In this document: piece after piece, positions 14,712 through 31,815 of the stretch
Layout: each line of letters begins with the position of its first letter
Numbering within the stretch: the first letter of the stretch is position 1
From: Eledone cirrhosa
Taxonomy: Eukaryota
DNA: 64,000 nt
Direction: 5' to 3'
NCBI GenBank assembly: GCA_964016885.1
Contig: OZ024742.1
Span: forward strand, 87,420,001-87,484,000
Translations under genes and position numbers: made by a program
The notes under the pieces: model-generated
Database searches by the model: none
What the model was told of the DNA's origin: nothing
Seen by the model: the letters and a program-made list of their open reading frames with translations, nothing else

Positions 14712-15992
14712 TCTAGTTGTGTATATATATAGGAACATTTTCTAACATATTTATTTTGGTACGTTTAGTTTGTAGATCATCACACATGAATGATATTATA
14801 ATCATCGTCAGTTTTCAATTTGAAATAAGTGTGAAAGTGACAATGAAACTTCATAATTTATATTGAAATCTACACTTAAGAATGTCGAGAGACAGATTAT
14901 TTCTAAGGTACATTATATCAGATGCCATTATTGTGGATATATTGTTAGTTATTATTTCAGATCTGGGAACCGTTAGATCTGCGGATGCATTTTGTTGACT
15001 TTTAATGTTTATTGATTTCATTTTATATGCTGGGTTGTTTGCGGCAAAACTGATCAGGAAAATGCTTTGTGGATTGTGTCAATGTAACCACATTTATCTC
15101 TATCAAAAGTGTTATATGTGCCTTAAATTGTCAATTCGTTTAAAACGCAAACAAACGATGATTTTTATAATATTATTGTTTGGGTGTACTGCGAACACTG
15201 GTATGAAATAAAATAATGGGATTGGTGTGTGGTATAATAGGATATATCTTCAAATGATTGATCTTGCCTCCTAATAATTATATTTATTTTTGATACTAGC
15301 AGAAAAACCACTCCTTGAGTGGTTTTCTGCTAGCATGTGTAGTGTGTATATTGATAGTATACGCAAGTATATATCCATGTAGATATGATACGTCAAATAA
15401 TATCGTAATTGACAATATACACAGAAATTGAACGAAGACTGTGTTACACTGTTTTATGTAATCAGTAACGTAATCCATGATACATTAAAAAAGACGATAA
15501 TATATATAAACTGCATTAGGGGAAAATAGTGACAGCAAATTAGTATTTTTTTTATTTTAGTGATGGCCAAACGGAAGTGTTGACATTTCAGAAATTTCAA
15601 AGAAGTGAATCATTAAATAAACAAAATATATTTAATGAGCAGCCACGAAATTTAGGAGATAAATTATATAATATTCACTCATTATTTATTCAAAGTAATA
15701 CAACTTATTTTACTAATGGAATAACAAATTATTTATTATAGTTTAGATATTATGAGTACCATAACATACACTGAATGTACTTCAGATATTTTAAATATAA
15801 CGAATAAACAAACATAAGCAGCAAATGAATTCCATGATATATACGACTTCAAAGAATATGTGAATATGACCATCACATTTATTAATGCCTTGAGAAAGTA
15901 ATATATAGGTATTTAAATGTTGAATTAATTAAATTTGAAAACGTAAAAGGAAATTATGAGAAAAAATACATCAGTGTATTTCCTGATCTGCC

Positions 15993-16110
15993 ATAATTGT
16001 TTCTACTTTTGGCACAAGGCCAGCAATTACCCAATGCATTACTGGTACTTTATTCTATCGACCCCGGAAGGATGAAAGGCAAAGTTAACCTCGGCGGGAT
16101 TTGAACTCAG
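15993..16110 (-). mobile_element. SINE copy (3' two-thirds); a more degenerate copy lies at ~16410-16475
   Basis: taattgtttctacttttggcacaaggccagc...ggatgaaaggcaaagttaacctcggcgggatttgaactcag is the reverse complement of the SINE at 45929. Confidence 0.9.
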
Positions 16111-17889
16111 ATCATACAGTGAGTTAACTCTATGCTTCAAAGCATGATCTGTCATAATAGCCTGTAAACTTGATCTGAACATGACGGATTCTTTTCCAGA
16201 AATTGAGAGAGAGAGATTTAGAAAGAGAGAGGGGGAGAGAGAGGGAGAGAGAGAGAGAAAGTTTGGACGATATATAATGTAACATGCTCCAGGCAGGGAT
16301 TGTATTTTTGTAAATATAGCGGAGTCTAATCCTCTTCCAGAGAAAGATAGCGATTAACAGAATGGAATAGAGATTGATCGATACAGAGATAAAATCAACC
16401 ACATTACTTCACTGGTACTTTTTCGACCGACCGCGAATAGATGAATGGCAAAGCTGACCTTGGTGGGATTTGAAATTAGTAAACATGAGCCGAAATAAAT
16501 ACAGAAAATATTATATCCAATGTTCAAATAAATCTGACAATTCTCTAACTGCACCAGGTACTATGGAAGCATTATTATTTAGATTTTAGTTGGTAAATGC
16601 CTAGTTTAAATATGAATGTTAGGGAACCAAATACAAAAGGAATTCAATTGAATGAAAAGTAAAATGAACTGCATCTTAAATAAACATATACATCGATACT
16701 TAAAAATACTTAACAATCTTCATATAAATAAATAAAATGGTGTCGAAGGAAATACATTATTCCATGAGATAGTTCAATAAACTTCAGACTCGTGTATGCC
16801 AATGTGTGAGTTGCATAAAACATTATTAATATTTTGAAACTTAATCGACGTCGTAGTTAAACTCCATTTTATTCCCAGAGTTGACGTTTATCTGCAGAAT
16901 TTCTTAATTGGTGGGGGTTATTATCCTTACTGACTTATCACAACTGAATTTTGCTGAAATTAAAAATTATAATTTTGATTACCATGGGACCTGATTGTAG
17001 TCAGGAACTTGGAATTGAATTTTATTACAAGTTCAAGTGTATAATTGGCACTTAGAAACAGTAAAATAGAGAAAAACGTGCCAATTTAACTCGGGAGAAT
17101 TTTAGATGAATATATTTTCAGATTTAGTGTGTTAGCACTAATCTAAAACTTATAGGACTAATCTATTTCAACATATTTGTGAATGTATGTTTCAAAGTAA
17201 TACATTACAGTATGATTACAATGTAATATATTATGGAAAAATAGAACAAATACTATTAAACATTTTAAATTTGAACCGTATATAAATGTGTAAGCATCTT
17301 AATACCATAGTTACATCTACAAGATCTTTTAGCAATCATAATTTGTTTAATAACGTGTACTTTATAAACATCATTATAATTATTTTCGCATAAAACTGCC
17401 TTCTACTGCAAGCAAACAGTCATATCAAACAGTAAATCAATATATTATTGCCGTATCATTATACACCACACATCACCGTTTCCAACATAAAATATATCAA
17501 CGAAAAATATAGGACACTGATATGTTAATGTACTTAAGTGGAATGATTTCGTACATGTAAAAAGAGTAAAATATGTTTGGATTTAAATATAAATCAACTG
17601 ATGGTTAATCATGTATACATAGATATATTAAAATTGTTATATTTAGATATTTGAAAATAATCATTCTAAATTAAGCTATTATCTACATAATCAAAAGTAT
17701 CAATGTTATCCATTAAACACAATTGTATTCGAAAATTAAATATTTATTTGTGATGCCTCGTACAGGAACGTTTGACCCTCGATATATATATGTAAAATTA
17801 AAATACACTTTACAAAAGACAGCTTTGAGATAAGTTTAAATATCCATATACATAAGACACGCGCTGACTGGGCGTTATCACAAAACTCC

Positions 17890-18290
17890 AAGACATAGAA
17901 GAAATGTATCGAGCATCATCGCCAAAACTGAAGTGAAGTTAAACAGAAAACGAAGGAACATATATTAGACAAACACCAACATCCTACAAAAAAAGTTATG
18001 TTGACATTGAATGCTCACGCGAACAATTTAACCAGTTATCAAACAGCGTCACCACGAGGAGAAGAGGTTATATATTCTGAATAATACTATTAAAATATAA
18101 TCAAAAATCAAAGACGAAAAAACAACGAAAATATCATTTATTGATTGCTGACATAATATAATGAGACAAAATAATTACAGATAAAACACAACAAAGTCTA
18201 CCCATATACACATATAATAAACATCATATAATTCGGCAGAAAAAGGAATAAGTAATTCGGAGATATGCCCTTAGAATTTATGGAAACATT
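17890..18290 (+). mobile_element. possible decayed Penelope-like GIY-YIG endonuclease fragment
   Basis: One frame reads EGTYIRQTPTSYKKSY, resembling PLE YIG.T.TSFK.RY. The region is heavily interrupted. Confidence 0.35.
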
Positions 18291-18428
18291 CGATGAACGC
18301 TGCTGGCGAAATATGCAAGCATTGAAACCACAAATGTGACCCTTACAAGAATGACAACTTTCTAAATGAAGGGCCAGCAATTAACAAACACCGAAAAGGC
18401 CTAAATGGCCACTAGATACATATACATC

Positions 18429-18469
<41 letters not shown>

Positions 18470-20022
18470 CCGCAAAACAATGTGCTAAATATATAAAATA
18501 CAACAATAATATAGTATATAATCTGGAAGAAAAATACACCATATCTAGGTATATCAATGATCCAAACAAATTAGTGAAAGTAAGAAGATACATCTTAAAA
18601 AGGAAAATATTAAATATTTAATTAGAGCATAATCAATATATAGTACAATATACAATCTCACATAACACAAAAGTATATCAAGTGAAAAGATACAGAGGAT
18701 TCCATATCATATCTAATAAATGAAGCACCAAAATGCAACAAAACCAGGTCCCAGATTATTTACTGAAGTTAACATAGTTAAAAATCGAATGACAGTAAAC
18801 GTGAGGAGTAAAACATAAAGATGAATTCTGGATGACCCCAGAGGAAATTAGGTACCTGCTTAGAACTATATAAACAAAAACAGCAAACCGATTACTAAAA
18901 TCAAATATGCAAAAATCTGTTAGTGTATAAAACAAAACTCCTCTTAATCTCAAACGAAACAGAAAATAAAGAGCCCCAGGAAACAAGAAAATGTTTATAA
19001 CTATTTAATTTAAAATAATATAATTCCAAAGGAAAACAATGAAGTAAAGCAAAGCTCAAACGATAAATAATTGCAAAGTCACACAGAATCAAGGGATTTG
19101 AAAAATTCCAACAGGTTTCTGAACAACACAAACTAACCTACAAATATGTGACTTGCGTCACTATTTCCTAGAAGACCATATCAGCAATGAGAATTGGACA
19201 ACTAGACATCTCGAAACCACGAAATCCCGCAACGTGCAACTTGTGAAAAGACCTCAAAAGGAAGTGAAGAGGTATGAGTTTGCAGGAGATTTTTCGGAGC
19301 CAGTGATGCCTCTAATCTAAGGGTTTGGGCTAGGGACAAAATAAGAAAAAGAAATAAAACAAGTTTCGATGGCATAATCGCAGGCAGCCGAGAAAACAAG
19401 TCTATTCATCTGGATAAATAAATTGCTATTCACCTACAAATTCCTATTCACCTAAACAAATGTCATGAATTTCTAGTTGCTTGCAATGAGCATTATCGTA
19501 TATGTATTTCATCACATACTAGTGACTTCTTCTAAATCATATTTAATAAGACAAATCTCCAGTTAAGTGGAAGTTGATATATCACTTGGAGTCAGAACAA
19601 CAGACTCATTAAACGTCATGCTACTCTACCACATTGAGGTTGATGGATTTACAAAATCTGCCAACTAATTTAAGGTTTGTTGCATGGTGGATATAAGTTA
19701 CTATGTAGATTTTTCTGCCACATAAAGAATCCGCCAGTCCAAGAAAAAGATATCCACACGTTCAAACATCCATCTGTATCAAGAAAAAAAATATATTTGA
19801 AGACGTTTTGGGATTTATATTAATTTAAAGTTTCATTTTGATTTTAAAGAACTTTCAATGTTTTCAAATATTTCTAGGTTTTGCTGTCTGAAGAGCGCAG
19901 ACTATATGTATAAGAGAGTTTAAAATATACCTGGATTAACTGATTATGACTTCCTACTCATATATAATGCTCCAGCTGGCTCTATTTGTATAGGTCTCTC
20001 TCTCTCTATATATATATATATA

Positions 20023-21731
<1,709 letters not shown>

Positions 21732-21816
21732 CATATGTGTGTGTGGGAGTATGTATGACGGCGATAGATTTGTTTTGCGTGGTTTTTCATATGAAATCGT
21801 GTGTCAAAACATATAG

Positions 21817-22205
21817 TGTTATACTTGGGGAGGGTCATATTGTTGTAATACCATTGCCAGAAATAATACCATAACACACTCATGCGCAGTGACGGAGAAA
21901 AAATGAATAAATAAATTAATAAATAGATAAAATATAAATGCCATAATCACTACACAATAGGTGGAAACATGATAATAGTACAACTGATGATGTTGCAGAT
22001 GTGCAACGAAAGGTGTTTGTTAGACTATATATATTTATATATGTATTTTTGACCGTTGGTCAGTCGATGATAAACATTTATGGGCAAATGAATGAACTAT
22101 GGATATATAAAAGATGCAGAAACGAAACCAACCAAACATTGAGTGTGTTCTGTTATTATTTCTGGCAAAAGTATTGCAACAACATGACCATCCCCAAGTA
22201 TAACA
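21817..22205. repeat. inverted repeat of a dispersed family (arms 21817-21882 and 22140-22205); relatives at ~4681-4790, 32580-32715 and ~38130-38245
   Basis: Shared motif tgttatacttggggagggtcat...ttgccagaaataa...aacacactca, mostly next to (AT)n. Confidence 0.8.
21980..22020 (+). ncRNA. degenerate hammerhead motif in the loop of the inverted repeat
   Basis: ACAA-CUGAUGA-U GUUGCA GAUG UGCAAC-GAAA GGUGU UUGU. Core and stem II are intact; stem III is broken. Confidence 0.5.
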
Positions 22206-23132
22206 ATATATATATATATACATATGTGTGTGGGTGTGTGTGTGTGTATATGTGTATCTGTGTATGTGGTTGTGTGTGTATATCTGTATATATATATATA
22301 TATATATAAATATATTTATGCGTTAGTGAGTGGTGTTGTGTGCAAGGTCTGCGTGTGAGAGAGAGAGAGATAAAGAGAGAGATACGTATAGAGATAAAGG
22401 TACCTAAATATTCGAGTATATGTGCATTATTGATATAAGTATATATGAGTGAGTGCGTATTAATTCGTGTGTTTATACTCACGATGGAAATGAATTACTG
22501 AGCAGTTAAGCATTAAAATAGCAATCACGTGAATACATGTAAGGCAGCATTAGATATTAATATTTATATATTTTGTGTATTTAGAAAGATAAATCATTAC
22601 ATCAAACGAAACCTTGGTATCATAGATATATTTAGAGATACATCTTTATATTTATTACTTTCTAAATTGTATATTTATATGGAATATAACTGAACGTTGG
22701 ATTTTAATACTTATTTTTGCCAAGGTTTATCCAGTAATTTATATTATTTAAATGTACATTTACATATAGGATTTTATGACTTTCCGATTTTATATATATT
22801 TTCTTAGGGTTGCTTAATGTTTCTCGGTACATGGATGATAAGAGTTATTGTAATGATTGCACATGTTCTGTTTCATATCGATTTTATTATTCATTAGTTA
22901 GACATATGTTTAGAGTAGATAGTGTAGAAACAGAAGGGCATGTCCTTGTTATTTATTTGCATGATTTTGAATTCGAAACACACACATATAATCCATTACA
23001 CAAAATACATCAACCATTATATATGTAGGTATTTAAATGAAATTAAGATGGATGGAAACTAAAATAATAATAATGTTAATTGTAAACCTGAACCTAGTCT
23101 AGAAAGTTCACCTGTGCCGTTCGTATCCATAG

Positions 23133-23312
23133 ATGCTGGGTGTCCACTCCTGCCTCAGATAGAGAATGGGCGTGTTGAAATTCTCCCGCCAAGTATGATT
23201 GCCTCCAAGGCTCAGTACTCATGTTTCCAAGGATTCCATCTTGCGGGGAGGGCCACACGGACGTGTCGGCCAGATGGCACATGGGACGGAATGGAGCCGA
23301 GTTGCGAGAGAG
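23133..23312 (+). CDS. internal exon encoding one Sushi/CCP (SCR) domain of a large host gene
   Basis: CPLLPQIENG...AQYSCFQGFHLAG...RTCRPDGTWDGMEPSCE has four Cys, the G-F/Y-x-L-x-G motif and the conserved W. Acceptor tccatag|, donor G|gtaagt; 180 bp, phase 1-1. Confidence 0.93.
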
Positions 23313-23793
23313 GTAAGTGAGATTCTATATCCGAGGAGAAAATCACAGAAATTTAAATAATTTTAATTCAGTTATTATTATATGAATGATCGGTAATAAC
23401 AATTTAAATTTTTTATTAACACATTGCACTATAAGTGAATAATTGAATAATGTATTAGCCTAAGTGTTATAGTAAATACACTTCACTTATTGTACATCAA
23501 TCATTATGATATAATAAAAATGGTTTAAATTAGTTATTAAGAATACCCTGGTGCTGGCAACAGGATTATATGAGCAGATAACATATTATTAACGCTTTTA
23601 TAAATATGTAACAGGTGGATATGAATAAGCATACATAAACACCTAATAACTGCTCTAGCATATTACATGCCGATACCACATAGATTACTACGTATTTTAT
23701 GTCAGCAAGGCTGTTTTTTTATTGAAAACATGTAAATAAACAATTCTTAACTGTCAATGAGACGCAAAATATTACATCCACTCACTTGTCGTA

Positions 23794-23839
<46 letters not shown>

Positions 23840-23860
23840 CGACAACGCACATGTGCACAC

Positions 23861-23897
<37 letters not shown>

Positions 23898-23943
23898 AAT
23901 TACATATATAAACAAATATATATATAGATATATGTATATGTAT

Positions 23944-24056
<113 letters not shown>

Positions 24057-24809
24057 CGTGTGTGTGTATGTCTGTGTGTGTGTCCGTGTGTGCACACACA
24101 TATCTACATAGATTCAATATAAACAAACGAGTCCTCAGACAATGAAAACATTTGTATAATCATTGGTTAATGAACACATACTAAAGCTAACTGCACTGCC
24201 AGCAGCTAAATGAAGTAATCACATAGTTTTCATGACACGGTGGGAAAATAATCAAACAAACATATTTAATTTAGAATTGTCTTTGCATGTTAATATGTAT
24301 TGCTTAGAATAATGTATAAGAGCACTTATTACAAGTAGTCATTGTGAACATAATCATTGCTTATGTGAATAAATGCTATAAAATATTATACAACATTTCA
24401 ATAGATGCATGTATCTATAATTTATCCAATGATATAATCCTTCATAACACTGTTTCTTTCCAAGTGGAATGTTTGTATGTATATCACAAAAATTATAATA
24501 ATTTGAGGGAAAGTTATAGTTTTTTATGTGAATGAAATTATAGTATTTGCATATATATTTCTTAGTTTCAGCAGCTGACAAAAAGACAAAAGATTGGATT
24601 CAATAAAAACATTACATTATTGCACGGAAACATTATACCGGCTGGCGACTGGTATCACTTAATTCTTTAGCACAAGATATATTCATGTGGGTATATTATG
24701 TGTATAACATGATGAATTTCTCTTTAAATGTATCAATTTAGAACGACCAGAATAATGTACGTATGCATCTAACAATACACATATACAAAAACCTATTTAT
24801 ACACACACG

Positions 24810-24879
<70 letters not shown>

Positions 24880-24900
24880 TATGTGTGTGTGTGTGTGTGT

Positions 24901-25012
<112 letters not shown>

Positions 25013-26170
25013 ATGTGTGTGTGTGTGTGTGTATATTGAAATGCTGTTGTAGGGCAGACTAGGAGGAACACGAAAAAGGGTAATTATTTATGAATGGGAA
25101 GGAGCAGAGTTGTTATCAACGGAGTTAAAATGCCAACTGTGACAACTAGAAATTTGGGGTTTCATGGGGAATGTCACTCTTGGGTATAATGAGGTATGTG
25201 GAATCTTTCTGGTCTTATGAATGAAGCAATATGGGTGTATGTTATGAAATAGTTTGCCTGTGGAGGCTGGTCAGTTCTTACAGCCTTTGGTAGCAGCCTG
25301 TACTCAGCGTATGTATCAAAAATATATGCATACTAGAAAAAATACGTGTATGTATATATAATATGCATACTCGGACAGAGTTAATATACCTCTGTGCTTT
25401 TTCACTTTTAGTTTTTACCGCAAATCTTCGATTTGTGTGATACTTTTCTCAATTTGTATGATGTGGATATGAGACAGAAGTTTGTATGATCTGTATCAAT
25501 AACTCATGCATGATATGTATACTATGTTTAAGACTATGCACATATAATATACATAAAGATTTTTTTTTTCTTTATTTTCTAACTTCTAGGTATGCGAAAG
25601 TACTGCCATCCCCCCTTCTATATTTATGTTTATTTATATTTACCTTTGTAGCCCTCATCCCTTATTTTATATATTTAACTTAATTTCTGGCTTGTGTAGA
25701 GATGTCTCACTATCTTTTCCCCCCACGTCTATCCAACGTTCACTCATTCAGCAACCTCTAGTATATCATTGTGCAATATTTTTTTAGCTGAACAACTGAC
25801 CAGCGTAAACGAGTGACTTAATTCCACACGTTCCATTAAACCATTTCTTCATTAATACGAGAAAGATTCTTCATACATCAGTATGACCGTAAAATTATTG
25901 GTACATACATACTAAAGTCGGTAGACATCGTCGTCCGTTTGTATGGTGCAAGCCTTTTCTAAGGTGAACACTCTGCTACTTACAGAGCATAAACTACAAC
26001 CCTCCTTTGGGTAATTCCTGTCTCGGCACTGCCGACTTTAGATATACATACATATATTCATATAGTCTATACACACACACACACATACACACATACGCAT
26101 TCACTCTTACACACGCACACACACACACATATATACACACACACATATATATGTATATATATATATATAT

Positions 26171-26439
26171 ATATTGGTAAACGGAATAGAAAATGCTGAC
26201 AAATTGTTCACAGTGAAAGATAGTTTAATTAGGAATAAATGAGAATTAGTAATTGTTTTTGAAAAGCATTTAGAAATGCGCAACCGGTAAACCTTAAAAC
26301 CAAAACTGCTTACTAACCAATACAATTACTAATTCTCATTTATTCCTAATTAAACTATTTTTCACTGTGAACAATTTGTCAGTATTTTCTATTCCGTTTA
26401 CCAATATATAATAACTTGTGTGTTACACCTCTATTATTT

Positions 26440-26443
<4 letters not shown>
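26171..26443. repeat. fold-back element in (AT)n (86-bp arms 26171-26256 and 26322-26407) with a degenerate hammerhead in the loop
   Basis: Near-perfect arms. Loop reads UUGAAAA GCAUUU AG AAAUGC GCAA CCGGUA. Confidence 0.88.
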
Positions 26444-26508
<65 letters not shown>

Positions 26509-28932
26509 ATAGATATATATATACGTGTGAGTTGTGTTGTGGGGTGTATGGGTGTGCTTATATTTATAGATATGCAGGGACTCTTTGAATACTATTATTA
26601 ATTAAATATATTAAAAGAACAATATACTGAAGTGCTTCATTGTGGTCAATATAGTTCGAAAATGCTTTAACTAAATAGAGGTTAAAAAGCACTATTAAAC
26701 AATTGTGACTTTGAAGAAACCCCACATACACACTCATGTGATTATTCCCAATCTAAATATAATTAGATCTGAATATTTTCAGCCAAGAAACATTCGATTT
26801 CATTTAGAGGCCATAATTCATTTTGAATCAGCTAAATCTGTTATATTGTGTTATAGTGTGTCACTGTCCATGACACCTACAGTAACATCCCATACGCTCA
26901 CCATATGTTCACACAATCAAGACCAAATCTATTTAACAATTGAAAAGTTTCCATTAATATGCAAGTGTGTGTTGGGTTTCAATATATGCTAGTGACCAAA
27001 GGAGAAGGATAGTCAAGTGAATGCGAATAATGTAAATAAGGTATACATATATGTATAATGTGTGTATGTGTGACAATGTATGATGAATTAAGAGGTTTTT
27101 CATTCGTGACCATTTCATTATGGATCATTATTCATCAACTCCGTCTCATTTCCCGAAGGATAGTAAACCTAATATATAAGAAACTAAAATCGAATTATTA
27201 GTCGTGCACTTTAATGTAAATAAGTTATATGTATATACATATCTCTGTCTATCTATCTACACATCTTGATATATATATATATACATATATATTTAGAGGC
27301 ACACACACACATATATATAGAGAGAAATAGAAAAAGAGTAGAGGAGCAGAAGGAGAAGGCACGTATAACACTGATAATATTGCAATAATGGCAATTGGTG
27401 AAGGTACATATTTTCGACCAATACAGACGTTACAGTGAAACCATGTCTGAAATGATAGTCAAATAATGATTTTAAGGATTCCAATGACACACCAAAATGA
27501 TAGGGCTAGAGAATAACATGTATAACATTTACGTCGTAAACAACCTAATAAAGAAGGCCACTTAGAACTGGAGATGAAGCCAAACAAGAATATAACGCAT
27601 TGTGTACAAAAATGTGGTTGGCCGTAACCACTACAACCAGTGTCGTATATACCCCAGGGGCCTCCACGTCCCTAAAGCTTTTATTTAGGGGGGGGGGTTA
27701 TACAAAATAAATGCGGACTACTCAGCAAAGCCTGAATTTTACATATCAATGTCGACTTCCTACAAATAATTGGAATTGAAAATTATATAGAGAGCTATTA
27801 ATTGTTTAAAAATCTTACCATCTGCATTTTATATCCAATTTCCACACTGGCATTTGTTGGTCAGGTTGTCAAAATCCGAACACAAACATATCGGAGCGAC
27901 CTCATCTTATTCATACGTTACATATTTGACGCGGATTCTATGTCTGGATTCCCTTCCTGACAGAACGATGTTCGTATGTTTAAATTACCCAGTTGACTAC
28001 GTAAATTCTTTCAAAATACCAACAATAGAAAAGTGCATTATGTCGTGGCACACGTACTAAAGATGTCGTCACATGCTAGGCCTGACTAAACCATTCCCTT
28101 GAAAAATATATTGTATCCGTTCGATTGCCAAACGGTGTAGCTTCCAATCATTCAGTGTCTTATGTATTGTGACATACCATCAAACAGCTCTATCCTGTGT
28201 TATCTGTTTGGTCAAGTTCAGTTTCTTCATGCCATTCTTTCTTACGTCGTCCCATGTTTTCTTTAATCATTTACTGCTTGCATTTAGCATTTTTTTTAAA
28301 TACAACCCACGGTCTCCTTTTGTATCGCATGTCTATAGCAGCCCAATCGTCATTCCTGCACAGTATATTCAACTAACATTTTCCTTTGCTTTCTTTGTGC
28401 CCAGCAGTGAGCACACATAAAAAGCCACGGTCAACGCTTGTGGGGCCCCCACTGCGGGGTGTCGCGGCAACGGATTAGTTTTCCCGCTTTAAATCTAGCT
28501 CTGGCTGCAACCTGATGCTGTGGAAGATACAAAGACGTAAGAACTAGACTGTACATGCGCCTTTTATGGTTTCTTTCGCCTTCACGAGTAACTGACTCAC
28601 TACTCATTAAATACTTCATAGGTAAGATTTGTTTCGTTTCCGTCTTAAATACCCAAGGAGAGGGTTCGACTACTTAAATAGACATTTTAACGTAGATACA
28701 GATTTCCATTTCGACTACGCACAAACCTGGAGATTTGTAACTGTTTCCAATATTGCATAATAACGCTATATATATATTAAACTTCTTCTAATTAGGTAAG
28801 ATAAGTCATTTTACTCAATGAAGTATGTTTTATCCTTGCAATAAATTACTCGATATGGGCTCATTAGATGCTATGGTTATACAATAAACCACTTCTTACT
28901 TACTCTTATTAAGTCCCATTCAGAGACTTAAT

Positions 28933-28966
28933 AAGAAGAATAAGAAGAATAAGAAAATAAGAAGAA

Positions 28967-28997
<31 letters not shown>

Positions 28998-29059
28998 AAG
29001 AAGAAGAAGAAGAAGAAGAAGAAGAAGAAGAAGAAGAAGAAGAAGAAGAAGAAGAAGAA
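28933..29059. repeat. (AAG)n trinucleotide microsatellite
   Basis: Directly visible. Confidence 0.97.
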
Positions 29060-29263
29060 TTACTTATTACGTATTACGTATCACTCCTAGTGCACTCATA
29101 TCTATGACGCAATTTCCCGATAGAGTATTCCTGGACATTTATTACATTGTTAATGAAATATACGTGACGTAATGAGACACTCAATAAAGGGTATATAGTA
29201 AAGGCATCGTTATATGTCTTACTATCTACTGTGATTGAAGGCATTTTAGCACTTTACATAAAT

Positions 29264-29343
29264 TTAATGTTATTCATACAATAAGCATTGGCTAGTTTAC
29301 ATAAATTTAAACTAGCCAATGCTTATTGTATGAATAACATTAA
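29264..29343. repeat. perfect 36-bp hairpin with 8-nt loop
   Basis: ttaatgttattcatacaataagcattggctagttta-cataaatt-taaactagccaatgcttattgtatgaataacattaa. Confidence 0.93.
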
Positions 29344-29836
29344 GCAAAAAGAACTCGCACATGAACGTTTGATATTATTTATAATGTTCAGCTACGAAAC
29401 ACATGAGCCGTAATATCTGTCGGGATCTTGTACTAAATACATGATAGCCACAACGGACTCGATGATGCAAAACGCAAACATTTCATCTGCTCATAGGAAT
29501 ATTATTGAGTACCTTGAATTGAATATGTTGAACATATGGAAAGATATATAGTGTATGAAGTTGCTTAGAAACAAATCAATAGCATTTTAGCAGATGTGTT
29601 AACAATTCTGCTTAACATTAGCCATATTGAAATTCTGTTTCAGAATAAAATATTAGCCATATTAAGATTCTGATTTTGAATAAAATGTGATCGGTGCATT
29701 GTGTTATGAAACAGAACAAACGGGTTAATTAACGCCGGGAATATATCGATTTAGTGAATAAAAACGAAAGTAAATAGATAACACACACACGCACGCACAA
29801 ACGCACACACACACATACACGCACACACACACATGC

Positions 29837-29880
<44 letters not shown>

Positions 29881-29895
29881 ATACATATACATATA

Positions 29896-29934
<39 letters not shown>

Positions 29935-29967
29935 CTATATATATATATAAATATAAATATATATATA

Positions 29968-30103
<136 letters not shown>

Positions 30104-30135
30104 CATATATATATATATGTATCTATATCTTTAAG

Positions 30136-30756
30136 TCGTTTGGAAGCCTCGACAATGCAAATGGGTAAATCTCCGGGTAACAAGATCCGGTGGTGGAGAG
30201 AGAGATGTAAGTGGGTGTACGTTGAGATGCGTGGTGTGTATAAGATGTGTAAGATGTGTAGAAGAATGAAGGGAAGAGTATAAAGGATAAAATAAAAATA
30301 ACAACACAAGAGAGAGTTACCTTGGGAGAGATCTAATAGTCCCTATATATTTCGGATTCACATCCATCAACTGTGGTTTTTTCCGGGGTGGGGGAAAGGT
30401 GGTCTGTCGGACAGGTGCGAAACGCGTCCTCCGCTGTTTGTTGTAAACATGCGATACAAAAGGAGACAGTGGGATGTGAATCGGAAATATATAGGGACTA
30501 TTAAATCTCTCCCAAGGTAACTCTCTCTTGTGTTGTTATTTTTATTTTATCCTTTATACTCTTACCTTCATTCTTCTACACATCTTACACATCTTATACA
30601 CACCACGCATCTCAACGTACGCCCACTTACATCTCTCTCTCCACCACAGGATCTTGTTACCCGGAGATTTACCCATTTGCATTGTCGAGGCTTCGAAACG
30701 ACGTAAATAATTTTACTTATTATTCCACAATGTTTCAACCAAACTTCAATACTCTC
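30136..30756. repeat. fold-back element in (AT)n (arms ~30136-30365 and ~30472-30702, tail to 30756)
   Basis: Mirror ORFs 29971..30309(-) and 30528..30710(+) give near-identical peptides. Hammerhead remnant GGAU GUGA AUC.GAAAUAUAUA. Confidence 0.92.
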
Positions 30757-30763
30757 ATATGTA

Positions 30764-30806
<43 letters not shown>

Positions 30807-30808
<2 letters not shown>

Positions 30809-30990
30809 CGAAGGAAATGTGGTAAGGAACCAGATGGACCATAACGCACCAAAGTACTCAATACTTAGGTTAGTAGAGTGGGTGATAGGTACGAGTAGGC
30901 CCCCGAGAGCTGAGCTCAAGCCGTTTCGACAGCTAGTTCTGAATTAGCCGTAGAAACCGCTTGAGCTCCGCCGTCGGGGTCCTACTCGTT
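30807..30990 (-). mobile_element. short palindrome-plus-tail element in (AT)n, copy 1
   Basis: Hairpin 30891-30989 plus tail; reverse-complement homolog of 56677-56865. Confidence 0.85.
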
Positions 30991-31498
30991 CATATATATA
31001 TATATATATACATACAGAGATAGATAGACATATATACAGAGAGTGAGAGGCTGACAGAGAGAGAGATGGAAGGTGAGAGTGGGAGAAAGAGAGGTGTGTA
31101 CGAAGCATATATATTACATGTATATACAATAAATATAAGTGTAGTCTGGTTGCCGAAAAAACATTTTTTTTTTCGTCACGAATCGAAGGTCATTATTTCA
31201 TTTATTGTCCTCTCTGATAATATCATGGTGTTGGAAGTATGTTCTGAAAATATTAAAAGTGCTGTTTCAAGATTTGCTCATATTTCATCAGTGATACGCA
31301 CTGAAAATCTACTGGCATGAAATAGACTGTAATCTAAAATTGATGACGCCTTGCTGAAGATCCATATTTACATATAACATGTAATAAAACAACGGATGGA
31401 AGTATTCGCACACACGTATATATTCACACACATTACTATATATGTTCAAACAACCACACTCGTGCGAGCACACAACATATACACGCACGTACACACAA

Positions 31499-31534
<36 letters not shown>

Positions 31535-31777
31535 GTTTATGTGTGTGTGTGTTATAGTGTGCATGAAGCATTGTATATCAAATATAATTTTGAAAGAGAT
31601 AAAGGCTAAACAATCCAAAATCGAATGTAAGTTTGGGTAGCGAAAAGTAAGTTACGTGGTAATCGTTCTGTTGGTGTTGTTGTTGTTCCTTTATCTATAT
31701 TTATATATATATTTCACCCCTGTACCTTCATAATATTCCGCCCTGCCCGACCCTTCAATATTTCTAATTTCCCATCG

Positions 31778-31815
31778 TTTTTTCTGATGAAGGACTAGCG
31801 TCCGAAACGTTAACA
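31778..31815 (+). ncRNA. minimal hammerhead motif with weak stem I
   Basis: CUGAUGA-A GGAC UAGC GUCC-GAAAC GUU^AAC with palindromic AACGUU stem III. Confidence 0.6.

Noticed and set aside
10502-14732. Plus-strand ORFs within the LINEs
   Set aside because: Antisense shadows of the RT/RLE frames.
14950-15000. Acceptor-like ttatttcag at ~14960
   Set aside because: Frames close quickly and there is no domain or donor support.
19885-19910. CTGAAGA as a hammerhead core
   Set aside because: No stem II or GAAA follows.
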